A stretch of DNA of 32,000 bases from an uncultured bacterium (lineage in GTDB: Bacteria; Margulisbacteria; WOR-1; CAVSGV01). The notes under the pieces are model-generated. The model did not search any database, was not told the DNA's origin, and saw only the letters and a program-made list of their open reading frames with translations. Shown piece by piece: positions 17,309 to 26,511 of the stretch. The position numbers were made by a program, and so were the translations under genes. Position 1 is the first letter of the stretch. The number at the start of each line of letters is the position of its first letter. Location of the stretch: the NCBI GenBank assembly GCA_963699255.1, contig OY969425.1, positions 240,001 to 272,000 of the forward strand, in the 5' to 3' direction.

Positions 17309-18490
17309 ATGGCAATAGTTGCGAAAACGGGGAATGAAGCTATGGCGGAGGCGCTGCGTCAGATCAATCCTGATGTCGTCGCGGCATATCCGATAACTCC
17401 CGCCACTGAAATAGCGATGATATTCGCGCAGTTCGTAGCCGACGGTGATGTTGACACGGAATTTGTTGCCGTGGAATCAGAGCATTCCGCTATGAGCGCG
17501 ACCCTGGGTGCGGCTGCTGCCGGGGTGAGGGCGATGACGGCCACATCTTCACAGGGACTCGCATTAATGTATGAAATACTGCCGATCGCATCCGCGCTGA
17601 GACTTCCGATAGTCATGCCGGAGGTGAACAGAACGATATCAGGCCCGATCAACATTCACTGCGACCACAGCGATACGATGGCGGCCAAGGATTTCGGCTG
17701 GCTACATATCTTTTCAGAGAACGCGCAGGAAGCGTACGACAATATCCTTCAGGCGGTAAAGATCGCCGAGGATGCAAGGGTAAGGCTTCCCGCAATGGTC
17801 ACCACGGACGGGTTCATAATAAGCCACTGCATGGAACAGATCGAAACGATCGATGACGACAAGGCAAAAGCTTATATCGGAGAATACAAGCCGGAGTATT
17901 CGGTCCTCGATATTAATAATCCCATATCGGTCGGATCGCTTGATCTCCAGGACTATTACTTTGAGCATAAGTACGCGGTGGCCCAAGCCATGAGAGCGGC
18001 AAAAGACGTTATTCTAGAAGTCGGCAGGGATTTCAGCAAGAGGTTCGGCAGGCCGTATGGCTTGTTCGAGGAGTACAGATTAGATGATGCGGACATCGCG
18101 ATCGTTGCGCTTGGTTCGACCGCTGGAACGGCAAAAGCCGTCGTTGACAGTCTAAGGGACAGGAACGTAAAAGCGGGGCTTCTTAAACCTCGCGTTTTCA
18201 GGCCGTTCCCTTACGCTGAGATGGCGAACGCGCTTTCTAAGGTAAAGGCGGTCGCGGTCTTTGACAGAAGCGATTCCTTAAGTTCTGCGGGAGGGCCTCT
18301 GTTCACCGAGATAAGGTCGGCGCTCTATGATTCCGCGGTCAGGCCTAAGCTTGTCAATTATATATACGGCCTGGGCGGAAGGGATATTTCAAAGGAAGAG
18401 ATCGAAGGCGTGTATCATGAACTTGAAGAGATAGTCAAAACAGGGAACATCAAGAACGCATATAAATATTTAGGAGTGAGGGGTCTGTAA
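17309..18490 (+). CDS. porA: Pyruvate/2-oxoacid:ferredoxin oxidoreductase, alpha subunit
   Basis: AYPITPATEIA, ESEHSAMSATLGAAAAGVRAMTATSSQGLALMYE; ATG at 17309. Confidence 0.93.
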   Translation: MAIVAKTGNEAMAEALRQINPDVVAAYPITPATEIAMIFAQFVADGDVDTEFVAVESEHSAMSATLGAAAAGVRAMTATSSQGLALMYEILPIASALRLPIVMPEVNRTISGPINIHCDHSDTMAAKDFGWLHIFSENAQEAYDNILQAVKIAEDARVRLPAMVTTDGFIISHCMEQIETIDDDKAKAYIGEYKPEYSVLDINNPISVGSLDLQDYYFEHKYAVAQAMRAAKDVILEVGRDFSKRFGRPYGLFEEYRLDDADIAIVALGSTAGTAKAVVDSLRDRNVKAGLLKPRVFRPFPYAEMANALSKVKAVAVFDRSDSLSSAGGPLFTEIRSALYDSAVRPKLVNYIYGLGGRDISKEEIEGVYHELEEIVKTGNIKNAYKYLGVRGL

Positions 18491-19419
18491 TGGCAAACAT
18501 AAAGGAAATGGCAAAACAGGAAGAGAGATTGACCGGCGGGCACCGCGCCTGCGCGGGATGCGGCATCCCGATAATCGTTCGCCAGGTAATGCATTCCATA
18601 AAGGATCCCGTGGTGGTCGTCTCCGCTACGGGCTGCCTTGAGGTCGTCACAACGATCTATCCATATACGGCGTGGAATGTCCCGTTCCTGCATAATGCTT
18701 TCGAGAACGCCGCTGCCACGGCCTCCGGAGTGGAATCTGCTTATCGGGCCTTAAAGAAAAAAGGAAAGATCGACAAGGAGATCAAATTCGTGGCTTTCGG
18801 CGGTGATGGCGGGACCTATGATATAGGTTTTCAATCCCTCTCGGGAGCAATGGAGAGAGGGCACGATATGCTTTACATCTGTTACGACAACGAAGCATAC
18901 ATGAACACTGGCGTTCAGAGGTCAAGCGCTACTCCCTATGGCGCGAACACTACAACGGCTCCCGCGGGAAAGAAAAAACAGGGCAAGGAGCAATTCAGAA
19001 AGGACCTGACGGAATGCATGATAGCCCATCACATTCCTTATGTCGCCCAGGCTGCCGTCGGGAACTGGATGGACCTGACAAAAAAAGTGGAAAAGGCGAT
19101 GACGATAAAGGGGCCAAAATTCATGGCAGTTCTTCAGCCCTGCCAGCTTGGCTGGGGATATCCGATGAAAGACACGGTGGAAATGGGTAAACTGGCCGTA
19201 GAAACATGTTTCTGGCCTCTTTATGAAGTTGAGAATGGTGTTTACAAACTGAGTTATAAGCCGAAAGAGAAAAAACCAGTAGCGGAGTGGCTTAAGCTCC
19301 AGACCAGGTTCAAACATCTTTTTAAGCCCGGGAACGAAAAGATACTCGAGGCCATTCAAGCGAACGTAGATAAGAACTGGAATGATCTGCTGAAAAAATG
19401 CGAGGCCGCCTCGACCTAG
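18490..19419 (+). CDS. porB: Pyruvate/2-oxoacid:ferredoxin oxidoreductase, beta (TPP-binding) subunit
   Basis: GHRACAGCGIPII, GDGGTYDIGFQSLSGAMERGHDMLYICYDNEAYMNTGVQRS. Confidence 0.93.
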   Translation: MANIKEMAKQEERLTGGHRACAGCGIPIIVRQVMHSIKDPVVVVSATGCLEVVTTIYPYTAWNVPFLHNAFENAAATASGVESAYRALKKKGKIDKEIKFVAFGGDGGTYDIGFQSLSGAMERGHDMLYICYDNEAYMNTGVQRSSATPYGANTTTAPAGKKKQGKEQFRKDLTECMIAHHIPYVAQAAVGNWMDLTKKVEKAMTIKGPKFMAVLQPCQLGWGYPMKDTVEMGKLAVETCFWPLYEVENGVYKLSYKPKEKKPVAEWLKLQTRFKHLFKPGNEKILEAIQANVDKNWNDLLKKCEAAST

Positions 19420-19471
19420 GGTCGGGGGACAAAAGTCGCGCCTGAGGCGGACCAAAAGGAGGTGGAACTCA

Positions 19472-19759
19472 ATGAACCAGAAACAATTAGCGGACAGGGT
19501 TGTAGCCAGGTTAGCTGACAGCAAGGTCAAGAAGGTAATGGTTGAGAAGATACTTGAAGGATCGCTGGATGTTATCACGGAAGCAATGGCTAAAGGAGAT
19601 AAGGTCAGACTTGTGGGTTTCGGTAATTTTTTGGTAAGGACAAGAGCTTCAAGAGTGGGAAGGAACCCGCAAACGGGAGAACAGATCAATATACCCGAAT
19701 CAAAGTCCCCTGCATTCGTGCCCGGAATAAATTTAAAGAAGGCAATTAAAGGAAAATAA
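19472..19759 (+). CDS. HU/IHF-family DNA-binding protein
   Basis: KVRLVGFGNFLVRTRASRVGRNPQTGEQINIPESKSPAFVPG; aggaggt SD. Confidence 0.95.
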   Translation: MNQKQLADRVVARLADSKVKKVMVEKILEGSLDVITEAMAKGDKVRLVGFGNFLVRTRASRVGRNPQTGEQINIPESKSPAFVPGINLKKAIKGK

Positions 19760-19763
19760 ATCA

Positions 19764-21338
19764 ATGGCCAGACGACAGAAAAGTCAGTCCCTGAAAGGCG
19801 ACTCTTCAGGGCAAATCTTTGATGACTTAGGCCTTCTGCTAGAAGTTTTACCCCCCAGGATTAAAACAGCCATTGAAGGGAAACCAAATTTACCTGAAAT
19901 GATCGAGGTCGTTCTTGATCTTGGAAAGTCCCCCGAAGTAAGATTTTCCCAGCTTGACGTAAGCGGCGGCAAGGTTGTCTATGTGGATGGTCCTTTGACC
20001 AGCTACGATGATATACAATTTATTACCAGCAAAGTCGGGGAATTCACCTCGGATAACAGGGCCGGCATAGAGAGGACACTTCACAGGATATCCGCGATAA
20101 GGAACAGACACGGAAAGATCATCGGGCTAACGCTTCGCGTTGGCCGGGCGATCTTCGGCACTATCGATATCATCCGGGATATCATCGAATCGGGCAAGAA
20201 CATATTGTTCATGGGGCCTCCCGGTATCGGCAAGACAACAAAACTGAGGGAAGCGGCGAGAGTGCTTTCCGATGACTTTGACAAGCGAGTCATTGTGGTC
20301 GACACTTCAAATGAAATAGGCGGTGACGGCGACATTCCTCATCCGGGAATAGGCCGCGCCCGAAGGATGCAGGTCTCTTCTCCGGACAAGCAGCATGCGG
20401 TAATGATCGAAGCGGTCGAGAACCACATGCCGGAAGTGATTATTGTTGATGAGATCGGGACCGAGGCGGAAGCTGCCGCGGCCAGAACTATCGCGGAGAG
20501 AGGCGTGCAGCTCATTGGTACCGCCCACGGCGTCATATTGGAGAACATCCTGAAAAATCCGACATTATCAGACCTTGTCGGAGGCATACAGACGGTCATT
20601 CTTGGTGATGAGGAAGCAAGAAGGCGTCATACCCAGAAGGCCGTGCTCGAGAGAAAAGCTCCGCCGACGTTCGATATAGCGATAGAGATAAGGGAAAAGG
20701 ATAAATTCGCGATCTATAAGGATGTCGCGTCAGCGATAGATAAGCTGTTGAGAGGCGCCACTCCTGAGCCTGAAATAAGGGTAAGGAATGCCGCCGGCAA
20801 GATCGAGATAAAGGAAGCTCCGAAAGAGATGCCGGAATTCACTCCTGAGGAAGAGAGACAGGCGGAGATCAAAAGGGAGAAGAAACTATTAAGTATCTAT
20901 CCTTTTGGCGTGCACAAGGGCCTGATCGAGAGGGCCGTAAGGTCCATGCAGATCCCGGCGGTGATAGCGGATAACATGGATGATGCGGATATCCTGCTTA
21001 CTGTAAAATCAAAAGCAAGGCCGGGGACCAAAATAATCGTCGCCGCGGAAGAGCGCAGGCTTCCTATCCATGTCATAAGAAAGAATGTTTCAAGTCAGAT
21101 CAATAAATTCCTCAAATATTATTTCAAAGTGGGCGGCACTGATGAGGCGGAAGATATCGCTATGAGAGAAGCGGAGGACGGCATAAGGCAGGTAATTAAC
21201 ACTAAAAAGTCCATCGACCTCAGCCCTCAGAACTCATACATCAGAAGGCGTCAGCATCAGCTGGTGGAGGAGAAAAGATTAAGATCGGAAAGCGTCGGAG
21301 AAGAACCAAAAAGAAGGCTAAGGATCTATCCCGCGTAA
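19764..21338 (+). CDS. AAA ATPase with R3H-type C-terminal region (SpoIIIAA/Ycf45-like)
   Basis: GRAIFGTIDIIRDIIESGKNILFMGPPGIGKTTKLREAARVLSD, Walker B VIIVDEIGTEAEAAAARTIAERGVQLIGTAHG, R3H-like extreme C-terminus. Confidence 0.8.
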   Translation: MARRQKSQSLKGDSSGQIFDDLGLLLEVLPPRIKTAIEGKPNLPEMIEVVLDLGKSPEVRFSQLDVSGGKVVYVDGPLTSYDDIQFITSKVGEFTSDNRAGIERTLHRISAIRNRHGKIIGLTLRVGRAIFGTIDIIRDIIESGKNILFMGPPGIGKTTKLREAARVLSDDFDKRVIVVDTSNEIGGDGDIPHPGIGRARRMQVSSPDKQHAVMIEAVENHMPEVIIVDEIGTEAEAAAARTIAERGVQLIGTAHGVILENILKNPTLSDLVGGIQTVILGDEEARRRHTQKAVLERKAPPTFDIAIEIREKDKFAIYKDVASAIDKLLRGATPEPEIRVRNAAGKIEIKEAPKEMPEFTPEEERQAEIKREKKLLSIYPFGVHKGLIERAVRSMQIPAVIADNMDDADILLTVKSKARPGTKIIVAAEERRLPIHVIRKNVSSQINKFLKYYFKVGGTDEAEDIAMREAEDGIRQVINTKKSIDLSPQNSYIRRRQHQLVEEKRLRSESVGEEPKRRLRIYPA

Positions 21339-21359
21339 GAAGTCACACTGAAATCTATC

Positions 21360-22150
21360 TTATCCAACACCAATATCAATATAGCCGTCATTGGCACGTG
21401 TCAAAGTATGAGGGTGTTCAGAGTCTGTATCTTTTAAAAGTAAAAAAGAACCGGTATCTGAAAAACCCAGTATCCTGCTTCCGCCAAAATTCAAAACGGG
21501 GCGCGCCACATAATCTTTTGTGTCCGTGGTAATTTCAACTGTTAAGCCTGGGAAAAACAAGTTGTTATAAACAAAATTCTTAAGCAATCTTAAATTGGAT
21601 TTTCTCAAAAGCAGCTGCGAGGCTCCTATGTATTTTTTCGTGTCTCTTGATGAATGGTTGGCAAAAACAGTTCTGAGCTTAAAGCATATCTCCATTGCTC
21701 GGGAAAATTCTTCACCAGGGTCTCGTGGTCGGGAATTTTATTGGGCTCCCAGTTTTCCCAATCAGGCAATATTTTTCCATGCTCGATAGAAAGAATAAAA
21801 GGCGAGTTTGGACGATCATGAATGTCAGTAGTGTAGCTATAAGAAACATGTTGTACGCTGCCTTGCTCAAAAAGATCGATCACATTCTTTAAAAGAGGTT
21901 CCTGAGGGAGATAGCGTCTTTCCAAAGTGCGTTTAAGTAAAAAGAATTCTTTTGCATTTTTCTTGTATTGGAGTCCCTTGAACCGCCTGAAGCACAATTC
22001 CAAATCTTGAAATTTATGGGATATTTGGATTTTTGTTTCGCAGATATCCTGACGCTTTTGATTTTGCGGCACAACATTATTTCTGCACTTTATTTGATTT
22101 GCTATCCTGCAGTTTGTAATAATTTTTAGAGGCTCAATTTTTAGCGACAT
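21360..22150 (-). pseudogene. Orphan gene split into two overlapping ORFs (22150-21626 and 21695-21360), likely frameshifted
   Basis: Two minus-strand ORFs in adjacent frames overlap by 70 nt; no recognisable domain. Homopolymers (TTTTT and AAAAAA) lie in the overlap. Confidence 0.5.
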
Positions 22151-22351
22151 TTCTTCTCCTTGTTTTGCGATCCATATTGCTCTACAGCATTATCGACAAA
22201 TCCTTTCAATAATTTCACGGATCATCCCTATTATTTTAAGAAGCATTCGGGATATGGGCCCTTGAAGTAGTACAAATGGGGTAAACATGACCAATAAATT
22301 AGTGAAACCCGATCAAACCGATTTCCGGTTCTGGCTCTTATGGTGTTTATG

Positions 22352-22360
22352 TGCTAAAAT
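22352..22360 (+). promoter_or_regulatory. Extended -10 promoter element for fhs
   Basis: TGC-TAAAAT, 11 nt before the ATG at 22372. Confidence 0.4.
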
Positions 22361-22371
22361 CTTAAAGTTTT

Positions 22372-24027
22372 ATGCTCACAGACATAGAAATAGCGCAAAA
22401 AGCGAAAATAAAACCTATACAGGAGATAGCCAAAAAAGCCGGTTTTCTTGCCTCGGAAGTCGAGCTTTACGGCAAGGATAAGGCAAAGATAAACTTATCC
22501 GCCCTAAAAAGAGTATCGAAGAGGAAGAACGGAAAGCTAATACTTGTGACCACAATAACCCCGACCCCCTGGGGCGAGGGAAAAACGACCACAACGATCG
22601 GTTTGGGACAAGCACTGGCAAAGATAGGTAAGAGGGCCTTTGTCTGCATAAGGGAGCCTTCCCTTGGGCCTGTAATGGGCGTTAAGGGCGGAGCTGCCGG
22701 AGGGGGCTATTCTCAGGTCCTTCCAATGGATGAAATAAACCTTCATTTTACCGGCGATATCCATATGGTCACAGCTGCTCATAATCTCCTTTCGGCTTTG
22801 ATAGATAATCACATTTTTCAGGGGAATGACCTTGGGTTGGATGCGGGCCGTATTGTGTGGCGAAGATGCATGGATATGAATGACAGGGCGCTCAGGAAAG
22901 TGACGATCGCATATAAAGGTGTGACAAGAACGGACGGATTCGACATCACTGCCGCTTCAGAGGTCATGGCAATATTGTGCCTTTCCAAGAACCTGACGGA
23001 TATGAAGGAACGACTTGGCAAAATAATTGTCGGATATGCTCAAAACGGCGATCCGGTCACCGCAAAGGACATGAAAGCCTCCGGAGCCATGGCGCTGCTG
23101 CTGAAAGAAGCTCTTAAACCGAACCTTGTTCAGACGATCGAGGGGGTTCCGGCATTCGTCCATGGGGGTCCATTTGCCAATATAGCCCATGGTTGTAACA
23201 GTATTGTGTCTACACTGCTGGCATTAAAGGTCTCAGATTACATTATAACCGAAGCCGGATTCGGTGCTGATTTAGGTGCTGAAAAGTTTTTTAACATAAA
23301 ATGCCGCTATGCGGGATTGACCCCCGACCTAGTAATCGTCACTTTGACCTGCAGGGCGCTAAAAAGGCAGGGTGGTGTGGCTAATGATGAGCTGTCAAAA
23401 AATAGCGTTGCAGCGGTAAAAAAAGGGCTTCCAAACCTCCAGAGACATATCGAGAGCTTGAAGTTATTCGGGGTGCCGATCATTGTATCGGTCAATTTGA
23501 GGTCAGAGGATTCAAAAGAGGAGGTAAGCGCGGTCCTTGATTACTGTAAGCAGAAGGGGATCGAGGCGGTCGTGTCCGATCTTTGGGGCAAAGGCGGGTT
23601 AGGCGGGGTGGCTCTGGCTAAAAAGTCGGTAGAAGCAGTAAAAAGAAGGCCAAAATTCCGGTATTTGTACGATCTGAACGCGTCGATAAGAGCGAAGATC
23701 GAGAAGATAGCCATGGATATATATGGTGCTGATAAGGTGGAATTTACACAAGAAGCCCTGAAAGAGCTTGAAAAAATGGAAAAAACCGAATATTCGAAGC
23801 TTCCGATATGCATGGCGAAAACCCAGTTCTCCCTTTCGGATAATCCGGAGTTGCTTGGAGCGCCAAAAAGATTTAATATTACCGTCAAGAGGCTTAAGGT
23901 TTCGGCTGGAGCCGGTTTTATAGTCGCTTATACCGGGGACATAGTGACAATGCCGGGACTTCCAAAGCATCCAGCCGCTGAAAACATGGATATTTCCGAA
24001 AGCGGCAAGATAAAGGGTCTGTTTTGA
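22372..24027 (+). CDS. fhs: Formate-tetrahydrofolate ligase
   Basis: TPTPWGEGKTTTTIGLGQAL, REPSLGPVMGVKGGAAGGGYSQV, HGGPFANIAHGCNS, MPGLPKHPAAE. Confidence 0.97.
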   Translation: MLTDIEIAQKAKIKPIQEIAKKAGFLASEVELYGKDKAKINLSALKRVSKRKNGKLILVTTITPTPWGEGKTTTTIGLGQALAKIGKRAFVCIREPSLGPVMGVKGGAAGGGYSQVLPMDEINLHFTGDIHMVTAAHNLLSALIDNHIFQGNDLGLDAGRIVWRRCMDMNDRALRKVTIAYKGVTRTDGFDITAASEVMAILCLSKNLTDMKERLGKIIVGYAQNGDPVTAKDMKASGAMALLLKEALKPNLVQTIEGVPAFVHGGPFANIAHGCNSIVSTLLALKVSDYIITEAGFGADLGAEKFFNIKCRYAGLTPDLVIVTLTCRALKRQGGVANDELSKNSVAAVKKGLPNLQRHIESLKLFGVPIIVSVNLRSEDSKEEVSAVLDYCKQKGIEAVVSDLWGKGGLGGVALAKKSVEAVKRRPKFRYLYDLNASIRAKIEKIAMDIYGADKVEFTQEALKELEKMEKTEYSKLPICMAKTQFSLSDNPELLGAPKRFNITVKRLKVSAGAGFIVAYTGDIVTMPGLPKHPAAENMDISESGKIKGLF

Positions 24028-24029
24028 TG

Positions 24030-24127
24030 TGTAGGACAGGGTTTATCCCTGCCCCGTAGAAATGCATAGCATTCTTACGGGGCCTGTCCGAATGAAAGCG
24101 CGGACAGCCACAAGGGCTGTCCCTACA
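24030..24127. repeat. Multi-hairpin element with terminal inverted repeats, between fhs and folE
   Basis: Ends TGTAGGACAGGG (24030-24041) / CTGTCCCTACA (24117-24127); internal hairpins GCCCCGTAGAAATGC-ata-GCATTCTTACGGGGC (24051-24083) and CTGTCCG (24084-24090)/CGGACAG (24101-24107). Confidence 0.8.
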
Positions 24128-24144
24128 AAATTGGAGGGAAGTTT

Positions 24145-24705
24145 TTGATAAATCAAAATAAAATAGAAAAAGCGATGAAAATGATACTTGAGGCGATCGG
24201 GGAGGATCCTAGACGTTCTGGCATCAGGGAAACCCCGGCCAGGGTCGCGAGGATGTATGCCGAACTTTTTTCCGGGTTACATAAGGATCCCGGAAAGGAA
24301 CTTAATGTTTTCCAAGAGGCGGATCACGAGGAAATGATAATAGTAAAGAACATACCTTTTTACTCCATGTGCGAGCATCATTTTGTGCCTTTTGTCGGTA
24401 AAGCTCACATCGTTTACATCCCCACAAAGGGCAGGGTCACTGGACTTTCGAAGCTGGTAAGGACTATCGAGGGCTTTGCCAAGCGTCCTCAGGTACAGGA
24501 GAGGCTTACAAGCCAGATCGCCGACACGCTGATGAACATTCTTAAGCCAAGGGGAGTGTTCGTGGTAATAGAGGCTGAACACCTCTGCATGTCAATGAGA
24601 GGGGTCAAGAAGCCGGGTTCGATCACCGTTACATCCGCGGTGAGAGGGATATTCAGGAAAAATCCCACTACAAAAGCCGAGGCACTTGCGCTCATAAAGA
24701 CTTAA
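24145..24705 (+). CDS. folE: GTP cyclohydrolase I
   Basis: [35 protein letters not shown] ... [16 protein letters not shown]. Confidence 0.96.
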   Translation: MINQNKIEKAMKMILEAIGEDPRRSGIRETPARVARMYAELFSGLHKDPGKELNVFQEADHEEMIIVKNIPFYSMCEHHFVPFVGKAHIVYIPTKGRVTGLSKLVRTIEGFAKRPQVQERLTSQIADTLMNILKPRGVFVVIEAEHLCMSMRGVKKPGSITVTSAVRGIFRKNPTTKAEALALIKT

Positions 24706-24707
24706 GA

Positions 24708-25574
24708 ATGTCCCAAATTAACATCTTAAATATAGCCGACAAAGAATACCCCGAACTCTTGAAAAAGATATATGATCCTCCCAAGGTGCTTTACATTATG
24801 GGTGATGTGACCTCGTTAAGCGGCAAATGCCTGGCGATCGTCGGGACGCGCACAGCGACGGATTACGGGAAAAGGATCGCAAGGGAACTTGCGAAAGGAC
24901 TTGCTCAATGCGGAATTACGATTGTATCCGGGCTTGCGGAGGGGATAGATACCGAAGCGCATATTGGCGCGCTTGAAGCGGCCGGAAAGACGGTCGCGGT
25001 GTTCGGGTGCGGGATCGACATGATATTTCCTCCCAAAAATAAGGGACTCGCGGAAAAAATAGAAAAGAACGGCGCGCTGGTGTCCGAATATGGGCCCGGT
25101 ATTTTTGCGGCAAAATGGACGTTCCCGAGAAGGAACAGGATCATTTCGGGTCTCTCTCTCGGCGTTGTGATGGTGGAAGGGCACTGGGACAGCGGAGCAA
25201 TGATAACAGCAAAGCTTGCCCTGGACGAAGGAAGGGAGGTCTTTGCCGTACCCGGCAATGTCGAACTTGACCAGACAAAAGGGCCTCACTGGCTCATCAA
25301 GCAGGGAGCGAAACTGATAGAGAATGTTGACGATATTCTTGAAGAATTTGATATGGGACGTGTTGCCGGCGGGAAGACAAAAGAAGCGGATCATTCCCAG
25401 CTTTCGATCGAAGAAATAAAGATAATATCCTGTTTAACAAAGGAACCGAAACACATAGATGAAATATCCGCTCAGAGCAAGGTTTCCGCGCATGAAGCAC
25501 TTGGAACACTGTCGATTCTGGAGCTAAAAGGGCAGGTAAAACAGCTGCCGGGCAAGTATTTTATTATTTGTTAG
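24708..25574 (+). CDS. dprA: DNA processing protein DprA
   Basis: LAIVGTRTATDYGKRIARELAKGLAQCGITIVSGLAEGIDTEAHIGAL ... YGPGIFAAKWTFPRRNRIISGLSLGVVMVEG. Confidence 0.93.
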   Translation: MSQINILNIADKEYPELLKKIYDPPKVLYIMGDVTSLSGKCLAIVGTRTATDYGKRIARELAKGLAQCGITIVSGLAEGIDTEAHIGALEAAGKTVAVFGCGIDMIFPPKNKGLAEKIEKNGALVSEYGPGIFAAKWTFPRRNRIISGLSLGVVMVEGHWDSGAMITAKLALDEGREVFAVPGNVELDQTKGPHWLIKQGAKLIENVDDILEEFDMGRVAGGKTKEADHSQLSIEEIKIISCLTKEPKHIDEISAQSKVSAHEALGTLSILELKGQVKQLPGKYFIIC

Positions 25575-25580
25575 GAACTC

Positions 25581-25703
25581 GGAACCTGAGACTGAACCCC
25601 AATGTCACACTGAGACCCGCCATGGCGGGGACTCAGTGTCTGTGTTTATTAAAGGCAGATTCTGAGCGCCTTCGGCCTCAGAATGACATGGAGAACAGGT
25701 TCC
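25581..25703. repeat. Composite palindromic element between convergent dprA and the sigma factor gene
   Basis: Outer arms GGAACCTG (25581-25588) / CAGGTTCC (25696-25703); internal hairpins around cacactgagacccgcc-at-ggcggggactcagtgtc (about 25606-25640) and ATTCTGAG.../...CTCAGAAT (25659-25684). Confidence 0.8.
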
Positions 25704-25705
25704 AT

Positions 25706-26290
25706 TTATTTAGTGAGAGCTTTTTTCAGTTTTTCCGTGGCGGTTTTCGCTATCCTGGAGACCTGAGATTCCGACAGTTTGACCTCTTTGCCTATTTCTT
25801 TGAACGTCTTATCCTGGTTATAATAGCCTTTTATCACGGCTTTTTCCGATTCCGACAAATGCTTCATCGCGCTCTCCACCGTGATCGACGCGTCAGATTC
25901 CTCATGAACAATGTCTTCCCTGTTGAAGGCCATGTAAATGTTAGCGGCAGAGGTGATGAACTCATATATCCCCGTGACAGGGTCGGCGCCTCTTTTCCTC
26001 AGGTAATCCTGCATGGCCCCTTTAAGGCGGATGCTAACGTACGACCACAGCGCACCTTTTCTCGGGTCCCACGTTTTCAGCGTGTCAATGAAAGCGATCT
26101 TTGCTTCGGATATGAGGTCATCGGCTTCGGCTTTTGCAACGTGGCGGGGCAGCCCCCCGATGTACCACCTCGCGGTCTTTGTGATCTGGTCCTTGTATTT
26201 TTCGAGCACTTCATCCGAATATTTAAGGAAATGCTCCCTCATTATGGCTATTATTCTGTCTTCAATTTCATTCCTGGAAGTTAACATCAC
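25706..26290 (-). CDS. FliA/WhiG-type RNA polymerase sigma factor (sigma-28 class)
   Basis: RHVAKAEADDLISEAKIAFIDTLKTWDPRKGALWSYVSIRLKGAMQDYLRKRG (region 2); SEKAVIKGYYNQDKTFKEIGKEVKLSESQVSRIAKTATEKLKKAL (region 4). Confidence 0.85.
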   Translation of the reverse strand: MMLTSRNEIEDRIIAIMREHFLKYSDEVLEKYKDQITKTARWYIGGLPRHVAKAEADDLISEAKIAFIDTLKTWDPRKGALWSYVSIRLKGAMQDYLRKRGADPVTGIYEFITSAANIYMAFNREDIVHEESDASITVESAMKHLSESEKAVIKGYYNQDKTFKEIGKEVKLSESQVSRIAKTATEKLKKALTK

Positions 26291-26511
26291 ACCTGTCCTT
26301 TAAAAGATTTGCTTACCACTTTAATTAGTTCTTCTTCTCTCTGCTGTTTTTTGTCTTGATCAAGTTCGTTGCTGAAAGCCCCGGCCCATTTTTTTGTAAA
26401 GTCATAGAATCTTTTGAGTACTGGCGGGATCCAGGATGGGACCGGCCCTGCGGCCCCTCCAACCTGTCCCTCTCTTGAAATGCTTACTCTATCAATTCTA
26501 TTTTCGCTCAT
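26287..26511 (-). CDS. Small hypothetical protein in the flagellar cluster
   Basis: 74 aa ORF overlapping the neighbouring genes on both sides by 4 nt (translational coupling). Confidence 0.6.
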   Translation of the reverse strand: MSENRIDRVSISREGQVGGAAGPVPSWIPPVLKRFYDFTKKWAGAFSNELDQDKKQQREEELIKVVSKSFKGQV

